64,000 nucleotides of DNA from Calcarisporiella thermophila CBS 279.70 (GCF_041956535.1 NW_027192202.1:583474-647473); one strand, 5' to 3'; numbered from the stretch's first letter, positions 38,339 through 50,897 are shown. The notes: generated from the letters alone by a model not told the origin. Translations and numbers: made by a program.

Positions 38339-38706
38339 AGTGAAGACCTTTTTTTTTCAATGTATCTTGCCACTTATTCACCTCCCACACCTTAACTCTT
38401 GTATTTTATTTTCTGCTGTTTCGGCAGAATTTTTCCAATCATTTATTCCCTCTTTATTAATGTACAATCATCTTCACTTATTCTCTTCCATTTTATCCTG
38501 AGAATACTCTGCCATTACTTTCATTTTTCTCCAAACCTTCATTTTCTCGTATTTAATATATAAATACGCTCATTATGCTTTCTGCCCGTGCCCTATATTC
38601 TTTATTGTAACTTTAAATTCACAACGCCGATGAACTACATTAACAGAAATTCGGACCAAACAGCTCTTTACTATTATCACCTTTTAGTTTTTGGCAAATT
38701 CTTTAA

Positions 38707-39737
38707 CTACATTTTGCAAAATTCAATAGCATATTTTATAACTATTTCAGCTAGCATATCCTGGTCCTTTGGCTGAGTTATGCAATGATCTCCATCTATT
38801 ACCAGAGTTTCCCTTACTAACTCTGAACCACATGCCTCTCTGATTCTATTTAGTACGACTTGTTTGTCTACATAGCTGGGCACACATTCGTCATCTCTAG
38901 AATGGAGCAATATCATGGGGTATTGCAAATTCTTGAAAAGCTCTCTCATCTGCACCAACGAAAGATCGGATGAAAAAAAGTCATCTGCTCCTCTATCACG
39001 CAAACACTTCTAAATCCACATTATATAGCTCACTCTAAGAAGATTAGTTACCCAATTCCATACAAGGAGTAATATCGTTCCGCGGTTATTGGGGTATTAT
39101 CAACAATACGTGGCATTAGCTCACTACCTTTGTCTTCGGCAATCATGCTCTTCGCTTGCTCAACCCACTCAGGAAGCTGTTCTGAATTTGAAAGAAAATA
39201 TTCTCTATCTGATACTGGCCCTTGGAGAACAAGACCTTTGAGGATAGAAGAATTGACCCGTTTCGATAAGACAATACAATCTTGACAACCTATGTACATT
39301 CAGTATCGTCTTAATATATTATTTTTAGGATCGTTTAGGAACCTTAAGAAAATTTACCAGTTGAATGGCCTAAAATAATTACATTCTGTTTTCCTTTCTT
39401 CTCCAAGAAATTAAGTGCTTCGCTTATTTCTTCCACATCTTTTTCAAGTGAAGAAATTCCGTACCCCAAATAGGAACTTGATAACAGCAACTGAACAAGG
39501 GAAAAATTAACCTGTTTAAGATGCTTGTAAAGTGTAGGAAGATATGGGACAGCGTTGAAGCCATCTCCCAATCCTATAATTTTATAGAAAGCATAGTTGG
39601 TGAATTTAGGTTTTAGAAAAATATAGGGCTAACATACCTCCGATAAATAGCAGTACATTAGCCGAAGGCGGAGATGTTTCAAAAAGCGTAAGTCGCTTTT
39701 CGGGTAAGTATGTCGAGATTTTTCCTTCGAATTCCAT
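38707..39737 (-). CDS. DUF1749/UPF0613 alpha/beta hydrolase
   Basis: LFIGGLGDG..VPY, LSSSY.GYG.SSL..D, GHSTGCQD nucleophile elbow, LQGPVSDRE, GGADDFFSSDL, DE.VP, DH. Four exons. Confidence 0.88.
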
Positions 39738-40149
39738 TAAAATAATATAGCTTAAACTTGCCTTTACGAATACCTTGTTATTCCCTGCGCCACCATTAAA
39801 AATTACAATTATTCGGCCTAGAATCAGATATATATGGTTTATGTCACATTAAATATTCTTTCGAATAAAGAAGATAGATAGCACAGAGCGAAAAGATCAT
39901 CGGACTATACAAGAGAACAACCTTGGTTAATATGATTTTAATATATTCTAATCTATTTTCTCGCCATAATATCATTTGCCACTATTGACCAAGTTGGTGT
40001 GGCTTTTATTTGATGGAAATGTCGAGAAAATCTTTGCCAATTTATTTTCCGCAAAACAACACTAATAAGTTGTTTCGATTTTGTTCGATTCAACCCATTT
40101 TTAAGCGCTGATACTTCACCCTGCTGCTTTGCATTAGATTCTACTCAAG

Positions 40150-41408
40150 ATGACAATGACGAACTGGAAGAACGTGAACAACTGGTTGAGTATACTCTTG
40201 GGATAATATTAAGTAAATTATAATGACTAACGATTGTTCTTATTTTATTCAATATTTTCACTTTGCCCATATGTTTTGTTCTTTTCGAAAAGGCACTGGT
40301 AAGTTAGCTATCCGTTAACTAAGATTCAGGTATGATTTTAGATTGAAATATTTGGATGAGATAGGACTGGTAAAAACTGCATCACATGGGCAAAAGATTA
40401 TATCAATCGTCAGCTCGTAGGTCTTGAGGCAGCGACGCCCGATGGTCATGTTATTCGCACTAATCGAGTGGATGTTGATGGGGATGTGGATCTTAATCAG
40501 CGCAAAGGGAAACTTATAACTATCTATGATGTTGCAATTACAATTTCTTGGGCCGGCGAAAATGTGAATGGAAAGATTAAACTTCCCGAGTTTATGCATG
40601 ACACCGAGATGGATGAACTAGAGGTACGCTCGCTAAATAGTCGATATTGCTTGTAGCAACACCCTGATATAAATATTTTATATCTAGGTTGAAGTTACTT
40701 GTGAAGACGAGACAGCAGCCAAAGAGCCGTTTAAAGAATTAGCACGCACCCAGCTTCTTGACCAGATTAAGCAAAGACTCGGCGGCTTTGCACAGGCTCT
40801 CGTCGAAGAAAACACTAAAGACGTTATGATTGATCCTAGTGAGTTCCAAAAAAAAGCTGTCACGACCTCTAACAAGGATGGAGGCGGTGTAAACAAAAAC
40901 ACGGAGGAGAAAAAGGAGGTACCCCGTGGTAAAATAATCAATACGACCACTTATACGGAAGATTTGGATTTCCAAACATCTGCTCATGAAATGTATGAGA
41001 CGTTGCTGGATGAACACCGAGTGCGTGCATGGTCGCGTGGGAACGCTAAAGTTGAGCGCAAAGTTGGAGGTGAGATCCGCCTCTTTGATGGCAATGTGAC
41101 AGGAGAGATTCTCGAATTGGTAGGCAAGCTTTGCTGAACATACTTCCGGAAGGGATTTTAATCTATTTCGTATACGTCATTAACAGGTTCCCGACAAGAA
41201 AATTATCCAGAAATGGCGCATGAGCACTTGGCCTGCCGACCATTTCTCTACTGTATATATAACCTTTGATCAAGCAAGCGATCACCTCACTCTTCACGTC
41301 CGGCAGGAAGGTGTGCCTGTTGGAGAGGATGATGTTCTGCGACGAAATTGGCACGGCTATTATTGGAATTCAATCAAGGGAACGTTTGGATTTGGAGCGG
41401 TTTTCTAA
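40150..41408 (+). CDS. AHA1: Hsp90 ATPase activator Aha1
   Basis: NVNNWHWTGKNC..WAK (assembled through a 6-nt microexon), GDVDLNQRKGKLITIYD, LFDGNVTG, IQKWR..WP, NW..YYW..IK.TFGFG. Confidence 0.94.
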
Positions 41409-42150
41409 TATCTTTTGGAACGCTTTTATCTTATTTAGAAATGTAATAAAGAGTTGACCTAGAATGGCTAATAAATTTGTTTCATCACGAATCTGTGATT
41501 TAGGGGCGGTGGCGGCGGCGGTAGTGGAAGATATTTAAATTGCTGTTCATCTGATCTCGCTACACAAGTTAAAAATGATTCTGAATACCTGGATCCACCA
41601 CTGAACTAAAAAATATTTTACTATCTTGAACGTTATTGAAAATAGTATCGAACGGATGACTTAAAAGTGTAGTCAATATATCCCATTGTCAAATAAAATG
41701 CACTAATCTAATAGATTCTAGTTCGAGAAACAATTTCTAACATATAAGCCAACGCCATTGCCAATCCTCGAAATTAATTTTTTCTGTTTTTAGTTCAAAG
41801 TTTATACCAGCTTTAACTCCAGTTATTTTATGCTATGAGTTCTGAAACAGCATCACTTCCGCTTTATTCACTATTGAATCTGGTTGAGGCTCATCACCCA
41901 TTTGTCTCGGGTCCATTCTTTCGTCTTTCCCCTTCTCCTATTCCTCTCCATTCATCTATAGTATCGTCTCCACTCTCTTTATCTCTTAATGATTTAATTA
42001 CTTATTCTTCCATGGGAGAATTCATTTCCTTTCCTTAAATCATACCTCGAATTCTTGAATTTGCCTCCGTCAGATTATAATACCATTCTCAATTCTGCAC
42101 TCATATAATTTCCTGTAAGAGTTTAAGACAACTACCACTTGAAATCATCT

Positions 42151-43443
42151 ATGCCTGTCACTTCCAATTCCGTGTTTGCTCGCAGTGAGGTTCTGTATAG
42201 TGCGCAGGCTCGCATTATTAGGGAGAAACGACACCGGGTTCGTTGCAGCAACAGACATAGATTTCATTCCCATCACAATCGTCGCCATGATATAAGAAGC
42301 AAGTGCAAGCATAGGGGAAAGCACAAGCATCGCAAACATCACAAGGCGAAGAATGGAGGAAAGCATAAAGAACATACGCATAAAGGCAAACAAAACGAGG
42401 AAAGCTTCAAAATCGAAAAAGATGATGGTGATGCCAGGAGTTTTGGTGGCAAAGCCGACGGGTCTACCTACGAACAAGAGCTTCCAACTTCGGGCGTTCC
42501 AGGCTCTTTGGGGCAAACCAATGAATCTGCTGGTATTTCATCGTCGTCTACTACATCTATGTCCGATATTGTTGACAATCCGCCGTCGACTCAACCTTCG
42601 ACTGACCTTAGAAGATTGCCCGTCATAACCCCAACTACTTCAAATAGTGGAGATGCCAACAATAATATCGGACAAGTGGGACAGTATGCCGTTCCTACGA
42701 CAAAAATCGATTTCCCAGCGCAATCCCGTGATGCCATCCCTGGCCTTCTCACATCAAATGCTAATTCGCAACTAGCAGCATCTGACACTGGAATGAACGC
42801 TGGAAAAGTCGCCGGAGTTTCTATTGCATGTGTTGCTGGTGTCGCCCTTCTAGCTGGTCTATTTTTATGGCGGCGAACTAAGAATACAGTTCGTCGACTA
42901 CAGCCGACAGACATTGGGCGGCCAGTTCCAATGGGAAACTCGGGTGATGCAAGTGCAATCATACACGCGTATGCTCCAGAACAGTACCAACAATTACCGA
43001 ATAGTCCATATGCTCGTGCGCCATCATTCATGTACACCCCGCCTGTTGACATCTTCCAACACAAGCCGTACAAGTTAGAATTAAATCTTCCATCAAACAG
43101 TCCCCTCATAGCAGCTACCTCCTCCTCCACCGTTGGGAATTTACTCTTGGCAAATGATAGAATAGATACAGGCCCATCTACTGGCGCATCTACTCAACAT
43201 TCTGGGAAACTCCGTTTCAAGGAACCAACAGTCGATCGCCCTATTTCTGATGGAAGTGAAATGCGCGTCAGCACATGTACCAGTGTCTCAGACCCTTATA
43301 GAATATCTTCGAACCTTGATGGGCCAGTTGTAAGCGTTACAGCTCCTGACGGGAGCGTGAGTAGGCCATTAACGGAGCGATTCGAGGGCGAGGAAGATGT
43401 AGTGGTCGTGTTCCCCGTGCCACCACATGGGTATAATAAATAA
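42151..43443 (+). CDS. Single-pass membrane protein: His/Lys/Arg-rich N-terminal tract, Ser/Thr-rich stalk, TM helix, disordered tail; 5' end unresolved
   Basis: Long uninterrupted ORF. AGKVAGVSIACVAGVALLAGLFLWRR resembles the TM of Mid2/Wsc/Skg6-type surface proteins. No signal peptide found. Confidence 0.7.
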   Translation: MPVTSNSVFARSEVLYSAQARIIREKRHRVRCSNRHRFHSHHNRRHDIRSKCKHRGKHKHRKHHKAKNGGKHKEHTHKGKQNEESFKIEKDDGDARSFGGKADGSTYEQELPTSGVPGSLGQTNESAGISSSSTTSMSDIVDNPPSTQPSTDLRRLPVITPTTSNSGDANNNIGQVGQYAVPTTKIDFPAQSRDAIPGLLTSNANSQLAASDTGMNAGKVAGVSIACVAGVALLAGLFLWRRTKNTVRRLQPTDIGRPVPMGNSGDASAIIHAYAPEQYQQLPNSPYARAPSFMYTPPVDIFQHKPYKLELNLPSNSPLIAATSSSTVGNLLLANDRIDTGPSTGASTQHSGKLRFKEPTVDRPISDGSEMRVSTCTSVSDPYRISSNLDGPVVSVTAPDGSVSRPLTERFEGEEDVVVVFPVPPHGYNK

Positions 43444-43515
43444 CTCATAATAATTGAATGATTTTCAATATTTTTATATTGGAAATTAGAGCATATTAAT
43501 CTTTATTAAATCTTA

Positions 43516-43543
43516 TATCTATCTATCTATCTATCTATCTATC
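43516..43543. repeat. (TATC)7 microsatellite
   Basis: Seven perfect TATC units just downstream of the membrane-protein gene. Confidence 0.95.
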
Positions 43544-43988
43544 CTTTTTCACTTATATGTACCCGGATTTAGTAACTGTTCAATTTTATCTCTAGTCGAT
43601 CTTCTAGCACAAATAAATACCATTTATTATGATGCCGGTGTTACATGGGTGATTGAGAAGTGTGGATTTAAGGATCGTATCTTTATCCATTTACTATCTC
43701 AAGGCTTCTACAATATCTGATGTAGAACACGCTTTTGCAGTAGTGGTGGTTAGCAATCCATACTTACCAATCTCCCACATAACACAGGTAGTATTATAAT
43801 ATGTGCTAACATTCGAGTCGCTCAACATAAATACTCAGCTAACTATATTTTAAGACAGTTTTATTTCCAAATAAATCACACCGTGTTTTATGGATTGTAT
43901 ATAAAGCAAAAGAAAAAAAGAATAAAATAAAGTGGGGAAGATTTTCTAAAGCATCAAAATATCGAGAGTCTCAGTCCAGGTCGTATAT

Positions 43989-45651
43989 TTAAGCAGAGGC
44001 CTGGGCGGGGGCGGCATCTGTTGCTACACGCTGTTGAAATGCAGCCATTCTTGCTTCAAGTTCCGGTCGAAAATGGTTAATCAAACCCTTCGCAGGCCAC
44101 CAAGCGGCATCAGCCAATGCACAAATAGTATGGCCCTCCATCTGAATTCCAATCTCACGCATCATATCAATTTCTCGCGGCTGAGCTCTACCGGTCTCAA
44201 AGCGGTCCATGATGTTTGCGAGCCATTTGGAACCCTCACGACAGGGAGTGCATTGCCCACAGGATTCATGTGCGTAGAATTTGGAAAGTCGAGAAATAGC
44301 GGCCACTACATCTGTAGACTTGTCCATCACTATCACCGCAGCAGTGCCCAAACCTGAGCCTACATCCCTCAAGGCATCAAAATCCATCAGAACGTCATCA
44401 CAGACACTCTTGGGGATCAGAGGAACAGAAGAACCACCGGGAATAATTGCCAAAAGATTATCCCATCCACCGCGCACACCACCACAATGGCGTTCGATAA
44501 GTTCACGTAAAGGAATTGACATTTCTTCTTCGACAGTGCAAGGTTTGTTTACATGGCCAGAGATAGCAAAGAGTTTCGTGCCCGTATTGCGGGGACGTCC
44601 AAGTCCAGCAAACCACTTTCCTCCTCGACGGCAAATTGTTGGAGCCACAGCTACGGTTTCGACGTTAGTCACTGTTGACGGGCACCCGAATAATCCAACA
44701 TCGGCAGGGAACGGTGGCTTCAATCGAGGTTTACCCTGTTTACCCTCAAGAGATTCGATGAGGGCAGTTTCCTCGCCGCAAATGTAAGCACCAGCACCAC
44801 GATGAATATATACGTCAAAATCGTATCCGGTACCGCACGCGTTCTTGCCAATCAATCCCGCCTCATAAGCTTCATTGATTGCGATTTGAAGGGTAGAGGC
44901 TTCGTTGTAAAACTCACCACGGATATAAATGTAGGCTTACGTAATATATTTTATAAATTAAAAGAATAAAACGACTGAATATAGTATTTTAAAAATATAT
45001 ACCAGCATTGGCGTTCATTGCACGTCCCGCAATCAAACAGCCTTCAATTAATTTATGCGGGTCTTTGCGCATAATCTCACGATCTTTGCATGTTCCTGGT
45101 TCGCCTTCATCAGCATTAATGACCAAATAACGAGGACTAAAGCCAGAAGGCGTGTAAATGTGTATTGGGTATGTGTTAGTTTGAGAAAACCATCTAAGAG
45201 AAGAGAATTCTCACCGGCCATCCGGAGGTTTATTCATGAAACTCCATTTCAAGCCTGAAGGGAAGCCAGCGCCACCACGCCCGCGCAATCCCGAATCCTT
45301 CATTTCTTGAATAATCCATTCATGGCCCTTAAGAACAATCTCTTTCGTCTTGTACCAGTCACCACGCTTTAAAGCTCCCTTAAGACGAAAGGAATCGCCC
45401 TCACCGTAAAGATTTGTAAAGATGCGATCCTCATCCGAAAGATTGCCATACGTGCGCGTAGCTTCGGTGGCATAGGAGCGAACTGCCGCCGGCGCAAGGA
45501 TGCGCGAAAGACAGTTGCCTAGATTTCATCAAAATTCAAATTTAGAGGTGAACAGTAGATCTCGTAAAATTTATAACAGTAATGCTCTATATTAAGAGAT
45601 AGGTTAATTGATCGAATCCATACCTTGCCTTAACAACGTCGTCCTCAACAT
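43989..45651 (-). CDS. NUO51: NADH:ubiquinone oxidoreductase 51-kDa flavoprotein subunit
   Basis: [68 protein letters not shown]. Four exons. Confidence 0.97.
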
Positions 45652-45761
45652 TACTGTTCTGAACGAAGCAAGAAATGTAAATGCAGAGCGAAGGAATCGA
45701 TTGTTTTCGACGAACAATGATTTGATTTTGACCGGGCTATGTTTGTGCTGATGTCACAGAT

Positions 45762-45817
45762 TGACGTAATAATTGGTGTTTAACGCTTGATTCCATCATA
45801 AATGCTCTTATGCCAAT
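45762..45817. promoter_or_regulatory. Candidate CRE-like (TGACGTAA) and CCAAT elements upstream of NUO51
   Basis: TGACGTAA at 45762 and GCCAATC at 45812, 110-165 nt upstream of the ATG. CCAAT/HAP control of respiratory genes is established in fungi; these short motifs could also be chance. Confidence 0.35.
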
Positions 45818-46007
45818 CGGTATAAAAAAATTATAGGAAAACTCTCTATATTTTAAATATATATTCTTTAATACTTCAGAGAGTGTATCATTTTGTGTAT
45901 TGAAGAGATGGGCATAAATCAAATATACAGGGATCTTAGGCTCAAATATATTAGGAAAGGTGATATAGCATTCTACTATATGCTTCAAATATGTCTACAA
46001 TTGATAT

Positions 46008-48243
46008 CTAAGCAGGAAGCAGCTCAGTTTCTTCTTTCTCCTTCTTATCAGCTTNNNNNNNNNNNNNNNNNNNNNNNNNNNNNNNNNNNNNNNNNNNNNN
46101 NNNNNNNNNNNNNNNNNNNNNNNNNNNNNNNNNNNNNNNNNNNNNNNNNNNNNNNNNNNNNNNNNNNNNNNNNNNNNNNNNNNNNNNNNNNNNNNNNNNN
46201 NNNNNNNNNNNNNNNNNNNNNNNNNNNNNNNNNNNNNNNNNNNNNNNNNNNNNNNNNNNNNNNNNNNNNNNNNNNNNNNNNNNNNNNNNNNNNNNNNNNN
46301 NNNNNNNNNNNNNNNNNNNNNNNNNNNNNNNNNNNNNNNNNNNNNNNNNNNNNNNNNNNNNNNNNNNNNNNNNNNNNNNNNNNNNNNNNNNNNNNNNNNN
46401 NNNNNNNNNNNNNNNNNNNNNNNNNNNNNNNNNNNNNNNNNNNNNNNNNNNNNNNNNNNNNNNNNNNNNNNNNNNNNNNNNNNNNNNNNNNNNNNNNNGC
46501 TCAGTTTCTTCTTTCTCCTTCTTATCAGCTTTAATCCGAAGATTCTCTAATCTGCTCAAGAGATCATCCTCAGCATTCTCGCCCATCTTGTTCACATAAT
46601 TCTCTTCTTCCTTAATATCCTCACTTCGATTTTTCTCCACTTGTTTTTTAGCTTCAGTTCCTGCTAAGTCTTCCTTGTCTATTCTCTTTTGATCCAAATT
46701 TTGTATTCCTTCCAACTCGATACGCCGCTTTTCTATTTCCAACTGTTTTGCTTGTTCTTCTTCCGACCGTCTCTTCAATTGAGCTACTTCTTCTTCCTTC
46801 CTAAGGATAATCTCCAATTCGCGCTCCAGGTCTTCCTCTTCAATATCTACATTAGCATTAGGGCCGATATCCACTCGCATGGCATCGTCTATTTCTCGTT
46901 GATCCGCTAGGGCTTCTGCCACATGATCCAGAGCATCCTGTACAGTATCGACAGTCATTCCCGTTGATGCGAGGACAGACTGAAGGGTTGTGGCTCCAAC
47001 TTCATATGCTCGTACTATATCGGCATCGCTCTCTGCGCTCTGAAGACGAAGAAGAATTGTGTCCAAAGTTTCAAGTGAATGAAAACGTTTCTCGATCACG
47101 GTTTGTAAAGTTCTTTTTTGACGGAGCGCAAACAAAGCCTGAGTTCGTTGCTTACGATTAATATATCCTTTCGCTTGATCGATGAGGCTAAATTAATAAA
47201 AAAAACCTTTAGGATATCCATTTCTTCCATAAACCCTTATGTTTTAAAATTTTAACCTATTCTGCTTGGATTCGATATCTTGAATCTGACGATTTAATAT
47301 ACGACATGTCGTCTTGAGCATGAGGATGCCATGGTCCTGCGAGGTTATTTGCTCAAGTTTCTTTTGCTTAAGGGATTTAAATTTGATAATCTAAAGGAGA
47401 TAAAGTTAGGATGTTTTAACGAAAGAAGTAGCCATATAAATTGATATTAGGTACTAACCATTTCACTATTTTCTGCTATTTCTACATTTAAAGCCTTGTA
47501 CTCGCTGAAAAGATACGCGATTAAGGCACGTATATCTGTGTCAGAGAGTTTGACTCCGGGAACTGCAACATTTTCAAATTTCTCTTTGAATTCTGAAAAC
47601 GAAAGAAGATTATCTGTTATGTTATAGGTAATTGAGGAGCTTTGAAACTGAATAACGCGTTCTGCAGCTTTCTATTGACAATAATAAATTTAGAGAATAT
47701 TTCAAAGATAAATAGCCTATTTTTCATACTCGAATATTTGATGCCACTACGAATTGCTTTCCTAGATCATTTTGTAGCTGGCTTATTCCCCATTTGATAG
47801 GAGACAATATACTTGATACTATCCAGGATCCCCAGCCTTGATTTGGTTTTATGTTAATAACATTCTCTAGAGGCAATATATCGCCTGTTTTTAACATTTC
47901 TTGCTACGAATTTTACTTAAATTAAAAATGATAAATAGAAGTGGGCAATAAAATTTCAACTCACCAAAACTATCCTTAATCCCATGGGCCGCCCGAATTC
48001 TATATGTTCAAATGATGACTCAAGATCAGTTGGATAAAAGCAAAGCACGTCAGTTTGATGAAGTAGTCCGCGTGTGCTGGCTTCCAGTATAACTGAACGC
48101 CAGAATCGAACATTAGCATCATATCCATACGGATTTGATGTGCGTAAAGGACCAAAATCAGAATAAAGCGACTGAAGTCTAGATTTAGAAGACCACTCTG
48201 GAAGAGTAATAAGAAAATTATGTAGTTCCTTATTAGATGTCAT
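46008..48243 (-). CDS. ESCRT-II/III hybrid CHMP7 (Cmp7/Chm7)
   Basis: SRLQSLYSDF..LR.SNP.GY.ANV.FW and G.PMGL..V (winged-helix part); Snf7 core (TLDTIL..LQSAE.D..IV.AY..G); MIM-like DDLLSRLENL. The C-terminus spans the N-gap. Confidence 0.9.
46055..46498. other. Assembly gap (444 N) flanked by the same 33-nt sequence
   Basis: 46022-46054 is identical to 46499-46531. Confidence 0.97.
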
Positions 48244-48403
48244 AGATATGAATGGTAAAAATTATGGAATATGTGAAAAAGCGGGAGTGCAATTGAAAAG
48301 TCACGTAGAATTGGTGGCTTCACATCTTAACGTCTTTGGATTTTGCTTCTAGACCTTCAATGCTATCTTCATTGCAATAATCATTAACTTGTAATCATTG
48401 ATT

Positions 48404-48892
48404 ATGGCAGGACCTCCACCGTCCCATTTTAACACATCTCCGAATCTTTCTCTCGCTTTATCTTCTCGCTCACAGTCTACCGTACCACCCCAGCCTCCCC
48501 AACCCCGTCAATATGCTTCTCGAGCATGCAAACGGTGTCGTACTAGAAAAGTAAAATGTGATTTTGAATACCCGACTTGCGGCCGTTGCTTGCGGGCAGG
48601 ATTGCAATGCGAATATGTTGAGACGGTACAAGCAGTAGTGGATGAGCGAAGAGAACTTGAGACATTTCTGGAATCTTTTGGACAAGTACATCTAGTTTGT
48701 TTTTTTTTTCATTTTGATAGATGCTGATCTCATATTTCTTTCTAGAAAATCAAAGCCATGTGTGAACGTCTTGAGAGTTTGGAAGAGAATTTGAGGTTAG
48801 CGCGCCAGACTTACCTCCTTGAAGATAAAACCCCAGCACAACCGCAGATGGAATACGAGGAGCCTAATTCAAAAAGAATGAGATATGAATAA
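48404..48892 (+). CDS. Small (142 aa) Zn(II)2Cys6 transcription factor
   Basis: ACKRCRTRKVKCDFEYPTCGRCLRAGLQCEY; intron 48686-48745; coiled coil then PNSKRMRYE*. Confidence 0.85.
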
Positions 48893-49165
48893 TTTTTATA
48901 TATGGAGGTTAATTTTTCTGTTGATAGATTGACGCTTCCTTAATCACATTTTGGTCTTTTTGTCTTGTAGTTGGCCAGTATTATTAGTGTTTTTCTCTCT
49001 TTTTGTCCTTGGTTTTCTTCTTTTCATTTATATATATATCCTACCTCTTTTCTACTATTGTCTTGTTGAACTCTTTGTATATTTTAGTAGATAATTAAAT
49101 CATTTTTTTTTCAAATCAAGTTTATCACCATTAATATTACATATTGTCAATCCTTTGCCTTAGGT

Positions 49166-50897
49166 TTAAACTTGCGCGGCAGCAACTTCATACAAATACG
49201 CACCTAGAAGCTTGGTACCGTTTATGTAGTTACTACGGTCCAGCTTTTCATTAATCGAATGAGCACCATCGTCTGCTCTGCCCATTGGAAGTAGCAGCAC
49301 ATTCTTTTTAAGTGCCTCTTGGAAAGTGAGAGTCACTGGGATGGAACCACCTTCGCGGGTAAGTTCTGGCTTCACTTTGTACACACGTTCAACAGCCTTG
49401 GCGGCAGCTACATAGTTCCAATGGTTGGGGCTTGTAACCCAAGACGGGCCTGCATGACCACATGTGATGGCGAGTTTGTTTTTAGATCCAAGTCGCTCGA
49501 ACTCCTGTTCAACGAACTTCGTTACAATCTCTGTAACCTTCTCCGGGTTCATGTTAGGCACCGTTCTGATAGAGAATTTACCAGTGACGCAGGCAGGGAT
49601 CACTGTTTTCTCGCCACTTGAATAGAAAGCACCTTCCACGCCATGCACCGAGAGAGAGGGATATCTCCAGCGGTGCATAAGGGCATCCTTTGATGATTGA
49701 TGAATAGTGTTCTTTGACTCGATAGCAGCGTGTATGTCGTCGAGGGAAAAGTCGAGGTTGTTATAAGTTGCGGATTCCTCCTCTTCAAATTAATAAGGTA
49801 TATTAATTCCCAGTTAATTCGAGTCTCACTCGCAAATAGGTACATACCAGTCAAGGGGGCGACTTCGTCATAGATTCCGGGGATGAGTATTTTGCCATCA
49901 GGACTAACAAGCTTACTCATTAGATGCACGAGATCAACCATGGGCTCATGCACTGCGCCTCCGAATACTCCAGAGTGAAGATCCCGACCAGGACCTTCAA
50001 TTTTCATATGGAAGTAAGAGACACCTCGCAAACCATAGGTGAGAGCCGGTTTTGTAGTTCCGAGCCAACTGGAGAATAGAAAAAAGTGTTGGTAACAGAG
50101 CAAAGTTACGATCAATCAGCAAGTATACTGACTAGTTATCACTAATGCACACACAATCAACATCGGCAAAAAATTTGTCTGCTTCACGGTAAATTGCTTC
50201 ATCCAACCCAACTGAACCACTTTCCTCCATCCCTTCAAAGCACATCTTAAGGTTGACTGGGAGCTCTAAACCAAGTTTCTTGTGAGCCTCAAGCACATTA
50301 ATCCAACCCAGAATAGGTCCTTTATCATCGCTAGAACCGCGACCAATAAGGCGACCCTGGTCGTCTTCGTGAAGTTCAAATGGCTCTGTATTCCAGCCGT
50401 CTTCTTTCAAGGCCTGCAAGTAAACTCAGTATTTTTGTAATAAAACAAAAAGAGATCAAGAAACTTACGGGTTGGACATCAAAATGACCATAGACCAATA
50501 TGGTCTTTTTATTTTTGTCATTTCCGAAGGAAGCGAGCACAATTGGAGGAAGTGGAATAACTTTACCACCCTTTTCTTGATTTCCAAGGTCAAGCTTCTG
50601 GGTGCTGTGTGGTTAAACTAGTTAATAATCTTCTGTAATCAACAACACAATAAGACACCAACCTGGCACCAAGATCTTCCAACTGCTTTACCATCCAATC
50701 TGCCATACGAAAAACTTCTGGGCGAAGGTCTACATCTGCACTCACGCTAGATGAATTCAAAAATTAGTATACTGAAGGGCAATAAATAGAGTAGTAATAT
50801 AAATAGTGTACCTTGGAATAGCCACTGCTTCCCTTAAGCGCTCGACAAAGGCATCCTGGTGCTCATCCACGTATCCAAAAAATTTTTCGACAGACAT
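49166..50897 (-). CDS. DUG1: Cys-Gly metallodipeptidase (M20; CNDP2 orthologue)
   Basis: [63 protein letters not shown]. Confidence 0.96.

Noticed and set aside
45893-46534. 213-aa ORF and apparent tandem duplication
   Set aside because: An artefact of translating through Ns and of the duplicated gap flanks.
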